A stretch of 60,421 bases of DNA, filler included, from Dugesia japonica (taxonomy: Eukaryota): NCBI GenBank assembly GCA_001938525.1. It is 4 parts of 4 records of this genome, joined end to end, with 100 filler letters (N's around TTAATTAATTAA, not from the genome) between each part and the next. Parts side by side here need not be neighbours in the genome. Positions count along the whole stretch, not along the records: positions 13,674 to 30,765 come from MQRL01544809.1; positions 30,866 to 43,326 come from MQRL01647052.1; 2 more parts are not named here. One strand, written 5' to 3'. A model generated the notes under the pieces. The model had not been told where the DNA came from, made no database searches, and saw only the letters and a list, made by a program, of their open reading frames with translations. Positions 27,440 through 41,900 of the stretch are shown here, piece by piece. The translations under genes were made by a program, and so were the position numbers. The first letter of the stretch is position 1; every line of letters begins with the position of its first letter.

Positions 27440-28288
27440 TTGAGCAACAGATTGGGTAACATAAGTCTTGGAAATCGAATTTGAAATGAATGAAACTAAA
27501 CAAACAACGACCCAGAAGAGTCCAGCGGAAGTAGTGTTTGGTCAGCAGATTAGCCTAGACGAGGTCGAGGAGCAAAAGAAGAACAATTACGGGTCAGGAT
27601 ACAAAGAATAGAAGAGAGATAAAGACGAAGAGACTATTTAAATTAGGTGATGACGTATTAGTAAAAAAAGATACATGAGACAAAAGACAAGACCAGTACG
27701 TATTATCGTATGAGGTGGTGAAACTTATCCAAGGTAGACCGTGTGTGTTAGAGGGTCAAGATGGACAGAAAATAACATGAAACGTCGAAAAAACTTAAAA
27801 AGGCCCTAAAGAGGGGGATGTGAGGAAAAATTAATAATAATAAAATTAGTAAGGAATTGTTTTAATATTCGCAAAATAAGCATGATAAATTACCTTAAAT
27901 TATTAAATTAAGAATTACTAATAAAAAAATTATTATCGTTATCTTACAACAGTTGATTGCAGTTAATTTAAGAAGGTAACATTTAGACGAAAACATTTGC
28001 GGTTTACTGTTACTATGAGTAGTATTTTGTTGTTGTATTTTTTTATATATTACTATATATCACTTTTAAGGTTTGCAGTTGTGTTTTTCAATTAATAAAT
28101 TTTACTAATAAACTTTATTAACGTAATAATTAACTAATAGTAATTATACTAACTAAATAAGCTAATAAATTAATTATATTAATTCTACTATTAATCAAAG
28201 ATTTTTTTAAACTAAGCTATCGATAAATACTATTATTATTATTAATCTGGTCTATAGGAAATGTTAGAAAGATCATAATCCCCTAACA
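27440..28288 (+). mobile_element. 3' end of a gypsy element with PPT and 3' LTR (27819-28288)
   Basis: Integrase C-terminal relic (SPAEVVFG, GDDVLVK). Polypurine tract AAAGAGGGGGA directly before TGTGAGG, and the LTR ends CCCTAACA. Confidence 0.75.
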
Positions 28289-30734
28289 AGCACCATTTTA
28301 ATCACGTTAAAAACTACATATACATTGTTTCATCGAAAATGTGTTTTCTCTCAGTCCAACAACCCTCTAACCGATTGAAGGTTTTAAAAATTTGATTTTC
28401 ACATTTAGATAGAAAATTATAAAGTAAGATAGAAGCACACAAAACTTATGATAATGACTCCTTTCCATTCAAAATGGCGGCTAAAGGTACATATCAATTT
28501 TCGAGGTCAAAGTCCATTTAAAATCATATTTTCTGGTCAAATGTGATATTGTTAGATGTGCAATAAGATTATTGACACAATAGCGTTGTTTTAATTTTAG
28601 TTCGATGTAATGATAAAAAGTTATTAAAGATTTAAAATCTTAAATATTTTAAAAAATCTAAAAACAAAATAAAAATTTTCCAATTACACCCATCAATGTT
28701 TTGATAGCTTGTGATAGAGAACTCAAAGTAGAATATATCGGACTTATAAATTTTTAAATAAAAATGTTTTCCTAACGACTATATTGATAAAGCACAATAT
28801 TTAACCCTACTGCGGTGGTTTCAATTTTTTGAGTTGAAACCAAAATCATCGGGTTTATAATGAAAAATGCATCCTTCATGACTAAAAATAATCGACATTA
28901 GAGTAGTGAAACATGTCACCTTGACACCACCAAAAATCATCACATTGCTGACAAACTTAGTACCATTGAATTTGTAAAAGCTTGAGGAACAAAACTGCTA
29001 TCTTGGAATTTCAATCTGACAAATTAGTGTCGAGTTATTAAAAATTTAGACATTTAAAGTTTAAAAGTCGCACGCAGACTCAAACGTTTATCATCAATAC
29101 TTAAATTAAATACTATTGAGTTGGAAATTAAAAGCTACTTATACATGATCAAAATGATTAGTATACTAAAATGCATACTTTCCTAGTAAATCATAAAATA
29201 AAGAACAAAGGACTTTTAAACAATATTTTAAAAATTGATTTTTGGCCCATAATTTTGAATGGTAATGATATGAAAAATACATCTGTCAAAACCGTTTTAC
29301 GAATAAGTAGCGAGATATTCGACTTTTAAATTTTAAACCTGAATAAAAAATGAAGTGATTATTCTTATAACTACTTTCACTGACATAATTTACTTAATAT
29401 TGTCTACTCATTCACCAAAATTACACGATCAATACACTTAATTCATTCAAAGTTTCTATACAATTTATTCATCTAGTTAATTTCATTAATAAAACCAGTC
29501 ACTAATTGTTTTAACTTATTCATTCTACTCTCTAAATACATCCATACTATCCAATTATATATGTTTCTCAGGGGAAATCCAATGGTAAAGTCCACAGGGA
29601 AAGATAAACACCAGTATACTCACTTTGTTTGTAAATTCGTTTATTTAATCAATTTGATTGTCTATGCGCGCATGAAGAGTGCTCGTTTCCCTATAAGACA
29701 ACTTCATGCGATAACCCGTTTGTATGCTTATTTAGAAGTCTATTAAAAGACTGTGTGTACTAATCAACCAGTAAGATACCTTAGAGGCCTATGACGTTCG
29801 TCAACGTATTTTATTGATTCAGTCGTTTAATTGATTTGGCTATTTCAATTCACGTGTTCTTTAATGAATTTTATATATAATTTGTTGTATATATTTTATC
29901 AATAAATCTTATTATTAAAACTGAGATTTTTCATTTTTGGAATTATTAGGTCATTCGTATATTAATGGCAGATTTTTAAACCCAACACAAATAACGACAC
30001 ATAAACAAACGCAAATATATATTCAAAAAAATAATCAACAAGTTACTCAAAAGAAACAACACCGAATATTCGAAACAATCCAACAAACGTGAAATTTTAA
30101 AAAAACCATTTTTTTTTCATTATTTATTATCGTCTATTTTGTGTTTATTAAAGTTAATAATATTAAAGTTTATAATTTTTATATTAAATCATATTAAAAA
30201 AATATAATTTTCGGAAATAAAAAAAATTTTTATAATATATTTTTATAAATAATAATAGAAAAATATGAAAATTTTTTTATAAACATGGAATTTGTTTGCA
30301 AATATTTTTTTGAATTTTGGTCAGTGAATTCAAGCAGAATCAATATAAATACTGATCTTTTTTTATGAAAATTAGTATAGTTTAATACGGAGAGATTGTT
30401 AGTAGATATTACAAAGGTGCAAATAATAAAAACCAGAAAAAGTATTTGAAATTACATAAAAAAGTGAAAAAAGAAATAAAATAAATAAATTTTAAAACAA
30501 TAACAAATAACAATAAAATAATAAAAGAAAATGAAATTTTAATGAAGAATAATAACGTAATTTATAATAGCAGATTATAATAAAGCTTACTAAAATCACT
30601 GTGACGGAGAATTATATTTGAAATACTTCTCTGATTACAATTTGTATTTTGGAGAGATGATGCCAATTTATTATGAGGTCGATTTTTGTCATTGCAAAAC
30701 AGTTCACTCTAAAATAATAATAATTTATAGATAT

Positions 30735-30765
30735 TCTTCTTCTTCTTCTTCTTCTTCTTCTTCTT
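30735..30765 (+). repeat. (TCT)n microsatellite at a contig end
   Basis: Direct reading. Confidence 0.9.
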
Positions 30766-31199
30766 NNNNNNNNNNNNNNNNNNNNNNNNNNNNNNNNNNN
30801 NNNNNNNNNTTAATTAATTAANNNNNNNNNNNNNNNNNNNNNNNNNNNNNNNNNNNNNNNNNNNNCGACGATCCCATAGTAATTCCCATTTAAATTCCAT
30901 ACCTGTTTATTTCTATAATGGATAGTCGATTAAGCAAATCTCTATTTAGCAAAATTGAAATATAATTAATTCATATTCAGTTTATATTTAACAAGCGTAA
31001 ACTACAAATAAAAGAAAACATTGAATGTTAATTCATAAAATATATATGAAAAATTGACCAAGTATACTTTGACTGAGAAGTTACATCATTGACTTAATTA
31101 GTGGGTACACTCCTCATCGATNNNNNNNNNNNNNNNNNNNNNNNNNNNNNNNNNNNNNNNNNNNNNNNNNNNNNNNNNNNGGTGCTCCACCCTTCCATT

Positions 31200-33690
31200 C
31201 GTCAGGTAATGGGCTATTAATTGTTTAAGTCTAACTGATCGCCGTTGTTGTTTGATCCATTTTAGAGTGCGTCGCAGTTTTGCCGTCATTAACTGAAAAA
31301 TTAGAATCTAGTAAAATTTATATTTTGATTTTAAATTCTCTTAGTCCGTCAAGGACCCGGATGATGACACTATTGATCAAGTCGATTAAAATAATAGCTA
31401 GGAAATAATAAAGAGCGGAAAGGTCAGGATGTGTAAAATGATGGTTTACGAGTGGTAATAGGATTAATCGAATACTAATACGTTTATCCGCCTAAGAATG
31501 GTAGTTATAATTTGGGTGATACCAATGGGGTATTGATCATAATACTAGTACTAATAATAATACGGATAATAATAATAAAAATAATGGTAACCATACGAAT
31601 AAAGGTAATAACAATTTTAATAATATCAATAATAATAATAATAATGAGCGTAATCATCACTGCATGAGTAACGACGAAATTAATCGTAATAATAATATCA
31701 ATCATAGCAACCAAGATTATAATAAGAATAATAGTAATAGTAATAATAATAGTAATAAGAATAATACTCGAAATAATAACAATGACGATGCCGGCAATAA
31801 TAATCGTAATAATACCATCGTCACTGATAATAAATTCCTTATTAACAAAACAAATATTTATTTATTATTTATAAACATAATGAAATCATTGTATGATGAA
31901 ATATCTGGGTGTAATCATGATATTCAAATTCCCGCCTGCATCGTTACTTGGCAATAGGTTAACTCTCAATTGCTCGGTTGTATTTGCACACCGACTAGTC
32001 AGCGGTTATACACACCAACAGATATATATGCACAACTAGCAGCATGCACATCCTCCACTGATAATTTTCTTATCGGACAAAATTTTCAATGACAGATCTA
32101 GTTATTATGTCGATTACCCAAAAACATAATTATGCAGCATTTCCACTGCTATTCTCATTTTAGAAAAAGAGGTGTTTCATGCAAATTATCCAGTTAAGGT
32201 GAACACCTGAATTTATAAAAATCCGAATGAACTTTTCGACCGATTCCGGATGGGCAACCAGAGACTGATCTGGCGTCACGTGATTGTTGGTCTTGTTAAT
32301 GATTTACAAACGGTTTAGCTTTCTTTGGTAACTGTTAGTCGAATCAAGAATATTCGTTGCAGATATTTCTCCCCCTATGGATTTATTCCAATCGTTATGT
32401 AGAAAAGGANNNNNNNNNNNNNNNGCATAGCTATGTGTTGCAATGAATGACAGAAGGTTTATCTATTATATTCTGGATTTTCTGGAGTTTAACAAAGAAA
32501 GGGTTTTAATATATTTTCTTTTATTGGTTTTTCATTAATTATTTTATCTATGGTTTAATAACGAAATAAAGTATGAATAAACACATGAACGTAAAATNAA
32601 ATGACTATAAAATTACGTTTATTTATAATTATAGTAACATATATATAGAAACATAAATTTTACTTTTCGAATAAAGAATTTGTTTCTGCAATCGGGGACA
32701 ATAAATGAACTGAGATATTTCTGCTTGGTTTTACTTCACAACTAAAATAATTGACGTGTCCAATTGATGCCTTAATTTTGTCCACTAGGGAAATTCAATC
32801 TTTATTGGAACTATTGACGGTAACTTAGAGTGAGGTTACGCTAACAANNNNNNNNNNNNNNNNNNNNNNNNNNNNNNNNNNNNNNNNNNNNNNNNNNNNN
32901 NNNNNNNNNNNNNNNNNNNNNNNNNNNNNNNNNNNNNNNNNNNNNNNNNNNNNNNNNNNNNNNNNNNNNNNNNNNNNNNNNNNNNNNNNNNNNNNCACGA
33001 CTAGACCTCGATTTGCTGATATTTTTAGATCAGCCTTTTTCTGCTTTCATTGGATCTGGTGCTATTTTTTTACAATTTTCTCTGAATTTTGGTGCTGCCA
33101 TTGGTAGTTATTTTTATCAGATTTTTTGGTCTTTGTTTTATTTTTATTTTCAGGATGCTCATTGGTTGGATCTTAGAAGTCTTATCATACCTTTCTGGAA
33201 GGTGGTACGTTTTTTCTGTTTTGGCTTCTAGTTGCGCCTGATTATTTCCTTTTCAATTTTTCTTGTCTGGATTTTCTCCGACTTCCTGGGCCAAAGGTAT
33301 CTGTAAAAAACAGAATTTTATCTAATTTTGCTTCTTTTCCGTTTTAAAATTAATTAATTTTTCTTCATTAATTAATCATTTTCCATATTATTTTTTCCTG
33401 TTATTTCTTTTTATTTTATAAATTCTTCTTAATTCTAATCGTAAGCAACTTCCATTTTTCCATACCCCTCTTTGAATTAATTTCGTTTTTTCTTATTGCG
33501 GCTTTTGTGCTTTATTTTCCCTCCTTGTCGATTATCAAGATTCGACGTTGGCTTATTTTACGCCTTAGTGGGTGTTTCACCCCAACATTTCTTTTATTTC
33601 TTATTATTTTCTTATTCATTTTCTTATTAACCTTTAATTTATTTCTTTCACTGTTTTTCATATTTCACAAAAGGCTGTTTCAGCCCAACA
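31200..33690 (-). repeat. Long LTR-like segment related to 1-2753
   Basis: Two termini, TGTTTCACCCCAACA and TGTTTCAGCCCAACA, an AAT-rich tract at 31540-31830, and similar T-rich blocks. Confidence 0.45.
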
Positions 33691-34318
33691 ACTCTATTAC
33701 ATGATAACCTGATATCAACTAACAAGCTCAGCAACAATTAGCCAGAAAAATTATGCAAAATGATCATTGAATTTTCGAAGTTAAATTATAGTACAAGAAT
33801 ATAGAAAAACAGCTCATTGATCTCAACAAAGTATTGTCTGATATTCTAAATGATCCTTATCGCCCTTCATCTGAACTTGTAATAGCTTTTTTGAAACGTG
33901 AGAACTTGAAACTGTTTGAACTGAATTACCTTGAATTGACAGAAATCATTTTGAAGATGATCCTCTTAATCTTAAAATTAATCAGTAGAAAACAGGATTG
34001 TCTAAAACTAAGAATAATATTTTGAAGTGTTTAATTATGACGTAACAAATGTTCGCGTGATTGATTTCTTTGTCATTTCAATCACGTGTTTTGACAAATC
34101 TAAGTTGGTTGGAAAAGGTAAAATAAGTGCGTTTATTATTTTTATTCTTTTACAAAATGAATCCAAAAGCTTATTGAAAATAGGAATTTTATTGAATAGA
34201 AGTCACAAAAGCTGCTTGATACATGTTGAGAACAATTACATACAATTAAATTCAAGTTTTAAATATATTTGGATTGCTTAAATTATTCTGGGAACCAACT
34301 ATATCCCAATACATTTTA

Positions 34319-34615
34319 AGCGCCGTTCACTAATCATGTCAACCAAATTTGGGAGGGGAGAAAGTTTGAAGAAGTTTGATAATTATTGACAAAGAGAAGG
34401 AGGATGTCCAAAATAAATTGATGTCAACAATTTTTAAAGATAAATTTAATAAATCAATAAAATTAGGTAAAATTTTGTTAATTTATGGAATGAAAGTAAA
34501 CATTTGTTGACGTAATTTTATTACAAGGGTCACTGAAATTTTGACAGTTGAACAAAAGATGGAGAGGGGTTAGAAAGTGTCTGAAAATGGTCGACATAAT
34601 AGATGAACAATCCCT
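34319..34615. mobile_element. MITE related to the 11306-12031 element
   Basis: Imperfect TIRs GCGCCGTTCACTAATCATGTCAACCA / GGATTGTTCATCTATTATGTCGACCA. Confidence 0.55.
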
Positions 34616-35783
34616 TATAAAAAAAACAAACAGAAATAAATTTCTCCTTAATTCATTTAAAATAAAAGCTTCGATCAAAATTTTTGTTTTTTTATTGATA
34701 TTTGATAACAATTCAATATTTTAAATGAATTCTGTAAAACGATCAATGGTTAAGTCCAAAAATTATTCTTGCAATAATTGCAATTGTAAAAAATTCTCCT
34801 TAATTGCTGCATTTTAATTAAAAACAGTTAAGTTTCAGTTTAATAATTTAATTTGCATTATTTCTCAGAGAGAAAAGATTTTAGATCTTCATATTACTTA
34901 TCATTCTATAACTCTGATATGTCGCACTTTAATATAATGTAAAAAATCTAGGCTTGCTGCAAGAAAGNNNNNNNNNNNNNNNNNNNNNNNNNNNNNNNNN
35001 NNNNNNNNNNNNNNNNNNNNNNNNNNNNNNNNNNNNNNNNNNNNNNNNNNNNNNNNNNNNNNNNNNNNNNNNNNNNNNNNNNNNNNNNNNNNNNNNNNNN
35101 NNNNNNNNNNNNNNNNNTGATAAGACAATAAAAAACAAATTACTTCATTCAATTCAGCAATTAACTGGTTTTTTGCTTTTAATAAATCAATTTTTGCCAT
35201 CAATATTTTTGTTATTATAAAATGTTACGAATAAAAATATAAATAAGAAATTTTCATTATCTATAAGATATAATTTCTAAGATGAATTTCTTTCAAATTT
35301 TACATTCCAAAATATATTTTTTTTAATTCAGAAATTTCTCGAAAAAAATTATTTTAATTAATAAGAGCGAATTCATAATTTGGGAATTTATATTAAAAAT
35401 ATTAATATTTTAAACCTAATTTTATTAATTTTTAGATACATTTTAATAAAAAAATGTGAACTAATTTAACACAAAATTGCCATTTCCGATTAATTGAAAT
35501 ATATAAACTTTGAATTTTAATAAAAATTTCAGTAAATTAAATTTAGTTTTGCAACCAAATATTTTTTAAAAATGAAAATTTAGAAATTAAATGAAATTGA
35601 TATTTATTATAAATATTTTAAAATTAAACAAATTTAATAAAGTTTTTATTTTACAAAGTTTGTGTTTTAATTTGCTATTTAAATAATCACTTTTCTGGAA
35701 AACGCTGTTGCATTTAGTTAATATACAAACTTAGGAAAGTTGTTATCTTCATTTATTTTTAATTTAATTTTGTGATATTCTAG

Positions 35784-37064
35784 ATGGTTAAAGAGACTAA
35801 ATATTATGACATTCTCGGAGTTAATCCAAATGTATCAGAGCAAGAATTAAAGAAAGCTTATCGTAAGCTTGCCCTTAAATATCATCCAGACAAAAACCCA
35901 GATGCTGGGGATAAAGTATATTTATAATGATTTTATATATCAGTTTTAATTGAATTATAGTTCAAAGAAATATCACAAGCATTTGAAGTTTTAGCTGATC
36001 CCAAGAAACGTCAGATTTATGATGAAGGAGGTGAACAAGCATTGAAAGAAGGTGGAGGAGATTCAGGATTTCACAATCCTATGGATATATTTGATATGTT
36101 TTTTGGTGGTATGGGCGGAGGCCGAAATCGAGGCCCTCGAAAGGGAAAAGATGTTATTCACCAGCTAAATGTAACATTAGATGAATTGTACAAAGGGAAT
36201 ACAAGAAAATTAGCAATACAGAAAAATGTTATTTGCGATAAATGTAATGGTAGAGGTGGTAAAGAAGGTGCAGTTCAAAAATGCGGTTCTTGTAGGGGAA
36301 TGGGAGTTGAAGTTCATATTCGTCAATTGGGCCCGGGAATGGTACAACAAATGCAAACCACTTGTAGAACTTGCAAGGGTGAAAGAGAAGTTATTAATGA
36401 AAGAGATCGTTGCAAAAAATGTGAAGGGCAAAAAGTTGCGCGTGAAAAAAAAGTTCTTGAAGTTCACATTGACAAAGGTATGACTGACGGACAACAAATC
36501 AAATTTAGTGGCGAAGGAGATCAAGAACCGGGTTTAGAACCTGGAGATATTTGCATTGTTCTTGAAGAGAAACCACATAATGTATTCACTCGAAAGAAGG
36601 CGGATTTAATTTATAATATGAAATTGGATTTAATTGATTCTCTTTGTGGATTTAAACGAACAATTACTACGTTAGACAGTCGAGTATTGGTTATCGAAAC
36701 AAAACCAGGAGAAGTCATTAAAAATCTAGAATATCGCGCTATAGAGAATGAAGGAATGCCAAAGTATAAAAATCCATTTGAACGTGGAAGATTAATTATT
36801 GCATTCGATGTTGTTTTCCCTGAAAATAATTTTCTCCCTACCGACAAACTGAATAAATTACGATCGATATTACCACCTTCACAATTTTCATCACAGTTAG
36901 ACAATATGAATGAAGCCGAGGAATGTGTTCTACATCCGTACGATCCAAGTATGGCTAACAGTAAAAGTCAAGACAGATATCATGAGCGTCATCAAGTGTA
37001 TGACAGTGATGATGAAGGGGGTATGCCTGGTGGAGCTCAACGAGTCCAGTGCGCATCTAATTAA
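35784..37064 (+). CDS. DNAJA1: DnaJ/Hsp40 subfamily A co-chaperone (DNAJA1/Ydj1 type), 411 aa. Exons 35784-35915 and 35961-37064
   Basis: [13 protein letters not shown]...YHPDKNP J-domain across a 45-nt GT-AG intron, G/F region, four CxxCxG zinc motifs, C-terminal domain and CAAX box CASN. The paralogue assignment (A1/A2/A4) cannot be resolved. Confidence 0.96.
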
Positions 37065-38631
37065 TCATCATGAAGCAAAATTATTCAGTTTTGTTATGTT
37101 ACTGGTAGAATAAATGTTTAATAATTCAATTCATATTCAAATTTGCGAAATCAGTAATAAATTTACAACTTATTTTATTGATTTCGTCAGTGGATATATT
37201 TGTGTAAATATTTCCATTATATTATTTATTTCGCGAACTTTGTCTTCAACTTGTAATTTGTTAGTTAAGTCTTTTAATTAAATAAACTTTGCAATATATA
37301 TGTAGATTAATTAATGAAATTTAACTGTTCTATGTCCTATAGTGGCTAGTTTTTAATGTATGTTTTTTAAAATTTCAAATATTAGGATAAGTGAACGCTT
37401 AAAAAAAGGATTGGTTTATAATACAGTTATGGCTTCTCATAATTCGTAATTATCTACGTTTGTAAATTCTTTATTAAGTTCGAAATGTTTTACAAAAATT
37501 GTCTAGTGATAGTGATTTACATATGGTTTGCAAGAGATTCGGCGAATATTTTCTGGTAATTTTCTCGTTAACACCGTTTTCTTTCACACAGTCAAGTGTG
37601 TATTGTAAATTCGTGATAAGCGTTTTAGACGGTCAGATGAATTAAATAATCTCGTAGCTCAAGGGTCTCAAATAACCTTGGGCCTCTAGTTAAAATTTGG
37701 TAACCGCAGTAATGCTGTAACTGTAGAGGAAAAATATAAATTTTATAACACTAAAATTAAAGTAATTTGCTCTTCAATTAGCAGTTTTAAATTTATTAAA
37801 GAGCATCAACATCGGGATTTATGTCACGTAATACAATCAGTCTTGAGGTTGCCTGGAAATGTTAATTGGCGAACCTTGATGCGACGACAGATTTGTTAAT
37901 CTTCATTGACGCGAAAAATCATTCGTACAAATGTGCTTTAGAACATTTACATCATATTGACACACGATGGGTAAGTTACAAACATTTATTAGAATCTGGA
38001 AGGTCAACAGCCATATAATTCTGTTTCAGAATGGTGTCACTTTGAATTTCCCATATGCCATAAATGACTAATGCTATGCAACTTGGTTATGGCGCCAGGC
38101 TTAGTTGGTTAAGATAAATCATTCAAAAATTGAAACACGTGATGAGAATTTTATATCAGAGTTAAACTAATTAATTAGCTAAACGTTGATATATTTTTGC
38201 TAGTCCCAGCGAAGCATTTAGGCACAACTCATGCTTCTTGTTTCAAACCGTTGTTGTAATTCTATCCAATTTTCTCATCTTTTATTTTTTAGTCTTCCTG
38301 TATTAAAAATTGTTACCGATGTAATCAAATAATTCTATTACATTTATTTATATCATTGTCAAAAATTAAATCCACACATTTCGATTCACCACCAATAACA
38401 TGGGTTGCNCTATTTGACTTGATAGAGCAGAAGAGAGGAGAATTATTTTTATACGCCTATTTTCATTAATTTTTAGCAAATGTTGACCAACCCAACGATT
38501 AAATGTATTTAAAAGTATATCATTATATTCGACGGCTTTAATTGACATTCTAAAAAATTTAACTGCGCAATATGGACAAATAAGTTATACAATTTTATTA
38601 CTAAACCTTTTACAAAAACTACAATAGAAAC

Positions 38632-38954
38632 CAGGAGTCAGCAATCAGAGGCCCACCGAGCAATAACAAAATTACATTAAATGAAAAACAACGGGATGCT
38701 GTGAACATACACAAGTGAACTCTCATAAGTTTGAGCAATATGTTTTTAATGCATACATATGACTCCTTCTACTAATTCTAAAACCAAAACTTTTGGGTTT
38801 GGTTGTATCATTTTATTCGTTGTGTCATAGCTTAATTTTTATTATCATCTTATAATTATATTCCTACTAAATAAAGATATTTTGGAGTGTGCTCACCTAA
38901 AAATATTTAATTTGTAAGCGGCCCACTATGCTAAAAAGTTTGTTGAACCCCCTT
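38632..38954. mobile_element. hAT (Charlie-like) MITE
   Basis: Ends CAGGAGTCAGCAA / TTGTTGAACCCCCT with sub-terminal GGCCC motifs. Confidence 0.55.
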
Positions 38955-41900
38955 TATATAAAAATTTACTAAAATAATAATAATTGGAGCAAATTATTTT
39001 TGATCTTATAAAACGAGAAATTTGACTTTTTTGACTTTAACAGTATTTTGACTTTGTTTTATTTAAACAATTATCACCACTTAGTGTTAAGATTTAAGAA
39101 AATTGAGTTTGATAAATGAAAATTATATATCAATTATTTGTTCACAATATATTAGATATTACGACTATATAATTTTTGTTTTTTTGCCAATGATATTGAA
39201 TGAAAGTCTTTATTAAAAAAAATTGAATGTATTTAGTAATTTAATAATCAAAAAAATTCAATTTCTTTCTCAAAAAATTAAATCAGTTCTCATTATTTAA
39301 TTTATAAAAATTTAATTGTTGTTGTTTTTATAGTTAGGGATAGATTGATTTGATTTTTTTGGGGCTTTCTTGAATTTTTGATCAAATCCTTGACGATATT
39401 GATTTGATAAATTTTTAAATAAGATACTTTTATGTGGCCATAGACAATTTTGTATATTATTAACAAGTTTTAAGTGACTTTACATGTAATATACTTAATT
39501 TACAAAAAAACCCCTCGAATTTACACAATTTACTTTCCAAAACAATATTAAAACAATCGCTTTTAAAACATCATTTAAAAATTTGTTTTCCTTAAAAAAT
39601 TCATATTTAATTATTTCTCTAATCATACTCTTCTAAAAGTTAAAGCTTTTTCACTTGCCTTTTCACCAGCTTACCGTTTTCTTCGATTATCGCATATCCC
39701 CTCTCATGGATTTTCTCTACGATCTAAAACTTGTCTGCAAATCTATTCTGACTCTTATTTTCTTACTGTGAGAATGATATTTGAATTGTTTAATTTCAAA
39801 TTTATATGTGCAATTAAAATATTTATAAAATCTTTGAAATTTAAAATATTTCAAGAAAATAATTAAAATAATTATTGCCAATTTGTTTGAATATTAAAAC
39901 TTTTCTAATTAGTTTTTATTTGATATCAACTTTGTCTTAAATAAATGTTTGATGAGAATAGCATTTTTCTTGCTAATACTTACTATGAACTGTCCTTTTG
40001 TCGACATTTCCTCTCTCATCTCCTCATCTTTGTCCAATCTTTCTGTTTCCTACTGTAAGGTTATTCTTTCTATAAAAATGTATTCTATTCTAATTTTTTT
40101 ATCCAAAATGTATTTATATACAAATGTATATACACATGCATATATATAAATTAGTAATAAAACCATTTATGATATAAAATATTGTCAATGAAAATTATTG
40201 AAACAATTTAAATTTTTAAAAGAATATTAAAACTTGGCAATAACCGAAAATTGAAACTTTGTAAAGGAGAAAGAGATTAACAGAACAAGGCTGAATTTAA
40301 AATATTAATACAAAAATAAAACAGTGAATTTGGCAATCACCAATAAATTTAAAGTGTATTTCCCAGTTCTAGAGAAATAAAAAATTTGAAAAAACTTTTG
40401 TCAAATCGTTTGTCCTTGTCTGTAACTTGACACTTTTGAAGAAAGAAAGACAAGAAAGTTCAACAACAGTTAAAAAAAATACAGATCATTAGTGATTCTA
40501 AATCGGTTTGAAAGTTCTACCACAACGAACAGTAATTAATTCTTTTTGGCTAATAAAATTTTTATTATATCTTTTATGGTTAATCAGTTGTTATTTGTTT
40601 TATGTTTTTACTATCGATAAATAATTCTTGATAATAAAATTATCCACATTTTTGTAAACGTACACCACAAATGTCCTTACTAGGAAATTGTTTATTGGGC
40701 CTACAAATTCTATAAATGATCTGTAAATAAAACTAATGAATAAATTAATAATACTAGGCAAAGTAAATAAGTAGAAGTATTAATTATTAGAAAAATTATA
40801 AAATAAGTTATTTAAGGTACTCTTGTACATTACTCATACCATCAATACAACCAATGTGTTTCCAGTACACAGTTTTTGCCAGAATCAATAATATTGTCTT
40901 CGGTTTAGTGTCATTCTTAAGAAATTATACTTCTGCTATAATACCTGTCTAGTATGTAACATTGATCATCGTAACATTGATCAGATTTCTAATTGTCCGA
41001 ATTTGTTTCTCAAACCGACCGTTAGTGTTGTGATGATACAAATTTCAAGTATACTGTTAGTAAATCTTCAAATGATAATTTATTTTAAAAATCAGAACTA
41101 TTACTTTAAGACAAATTTTTATTTCATTATTAACTCAGATGACCCGCTTCACGTATGGAACCCCGCCCATTCCACCGGTAGCAGGGACCAGCATTAATAA
41201 CTTGTTGTGGGAGTTCAGCGACTTGACGGGTTCAGAAAATAAAGAGAACGTTGACCCAGTGCCCATACCAGCAAACATCGAAACGATTAATGATAATGCG
41301 AATTCATGAGGACGAATCTGTGTTTTCTTTTATTGTTATATTTAAAAAATAAATTAAGTGTAATATGTAATTAAGTCTTAACCCATTTATTTTTTTTATT
41401 TCTTCCTATGTCAGTATGTTTGATTCGTAGAGAGTAAATGAGGTTCATATTCGATAGGTGAATTTTGATTGTTGATGATTGACATCTAATAAATCTTTCT
41501 ATAATAAAATTAATGAATAATTAAACTTTAGTGAACTCTTCACTAAACCGTTCGATAGCCTCAAAAAAGAAGGTCTGATAGGATAGCGAGGACATAGAGA
41601 TGTCCTGGAACCTTTATAAGTTGGTCAAACAGAAATGGGAGGCCAAAACAGCCACCGCGAACGCCAAGGGGTAGCGTTACCAAAATAAGTGTCGTAGCTA
41701 CTGATTAGAAGCAGAGGAATCACACGCTTAGGTGCGTATTTAAAAACGGCAAGCAGAGTCCTTCGCAGATATTATCCGGTTCTTCCATGATCGTGAGAAT
41801 AAACTGGAATCAAATTTGTTGAAAATGCGAAAGCATGTTCCTCTGGAGGCTTTGATGGTGGATAAATTTACCCAAACTAGGAATTAAATACCTAAATGTT

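Noticed and set aside
31505-31957. Asn-rich and Ile-rich ORFs
   Set aside because: Low-complexity AAT tract within an LTR-like repeat.
36210-37113. ORFs overlapping DnaJ in other frames or strand
   Set aside because: Shadows of a conserved gene with no independent signal.
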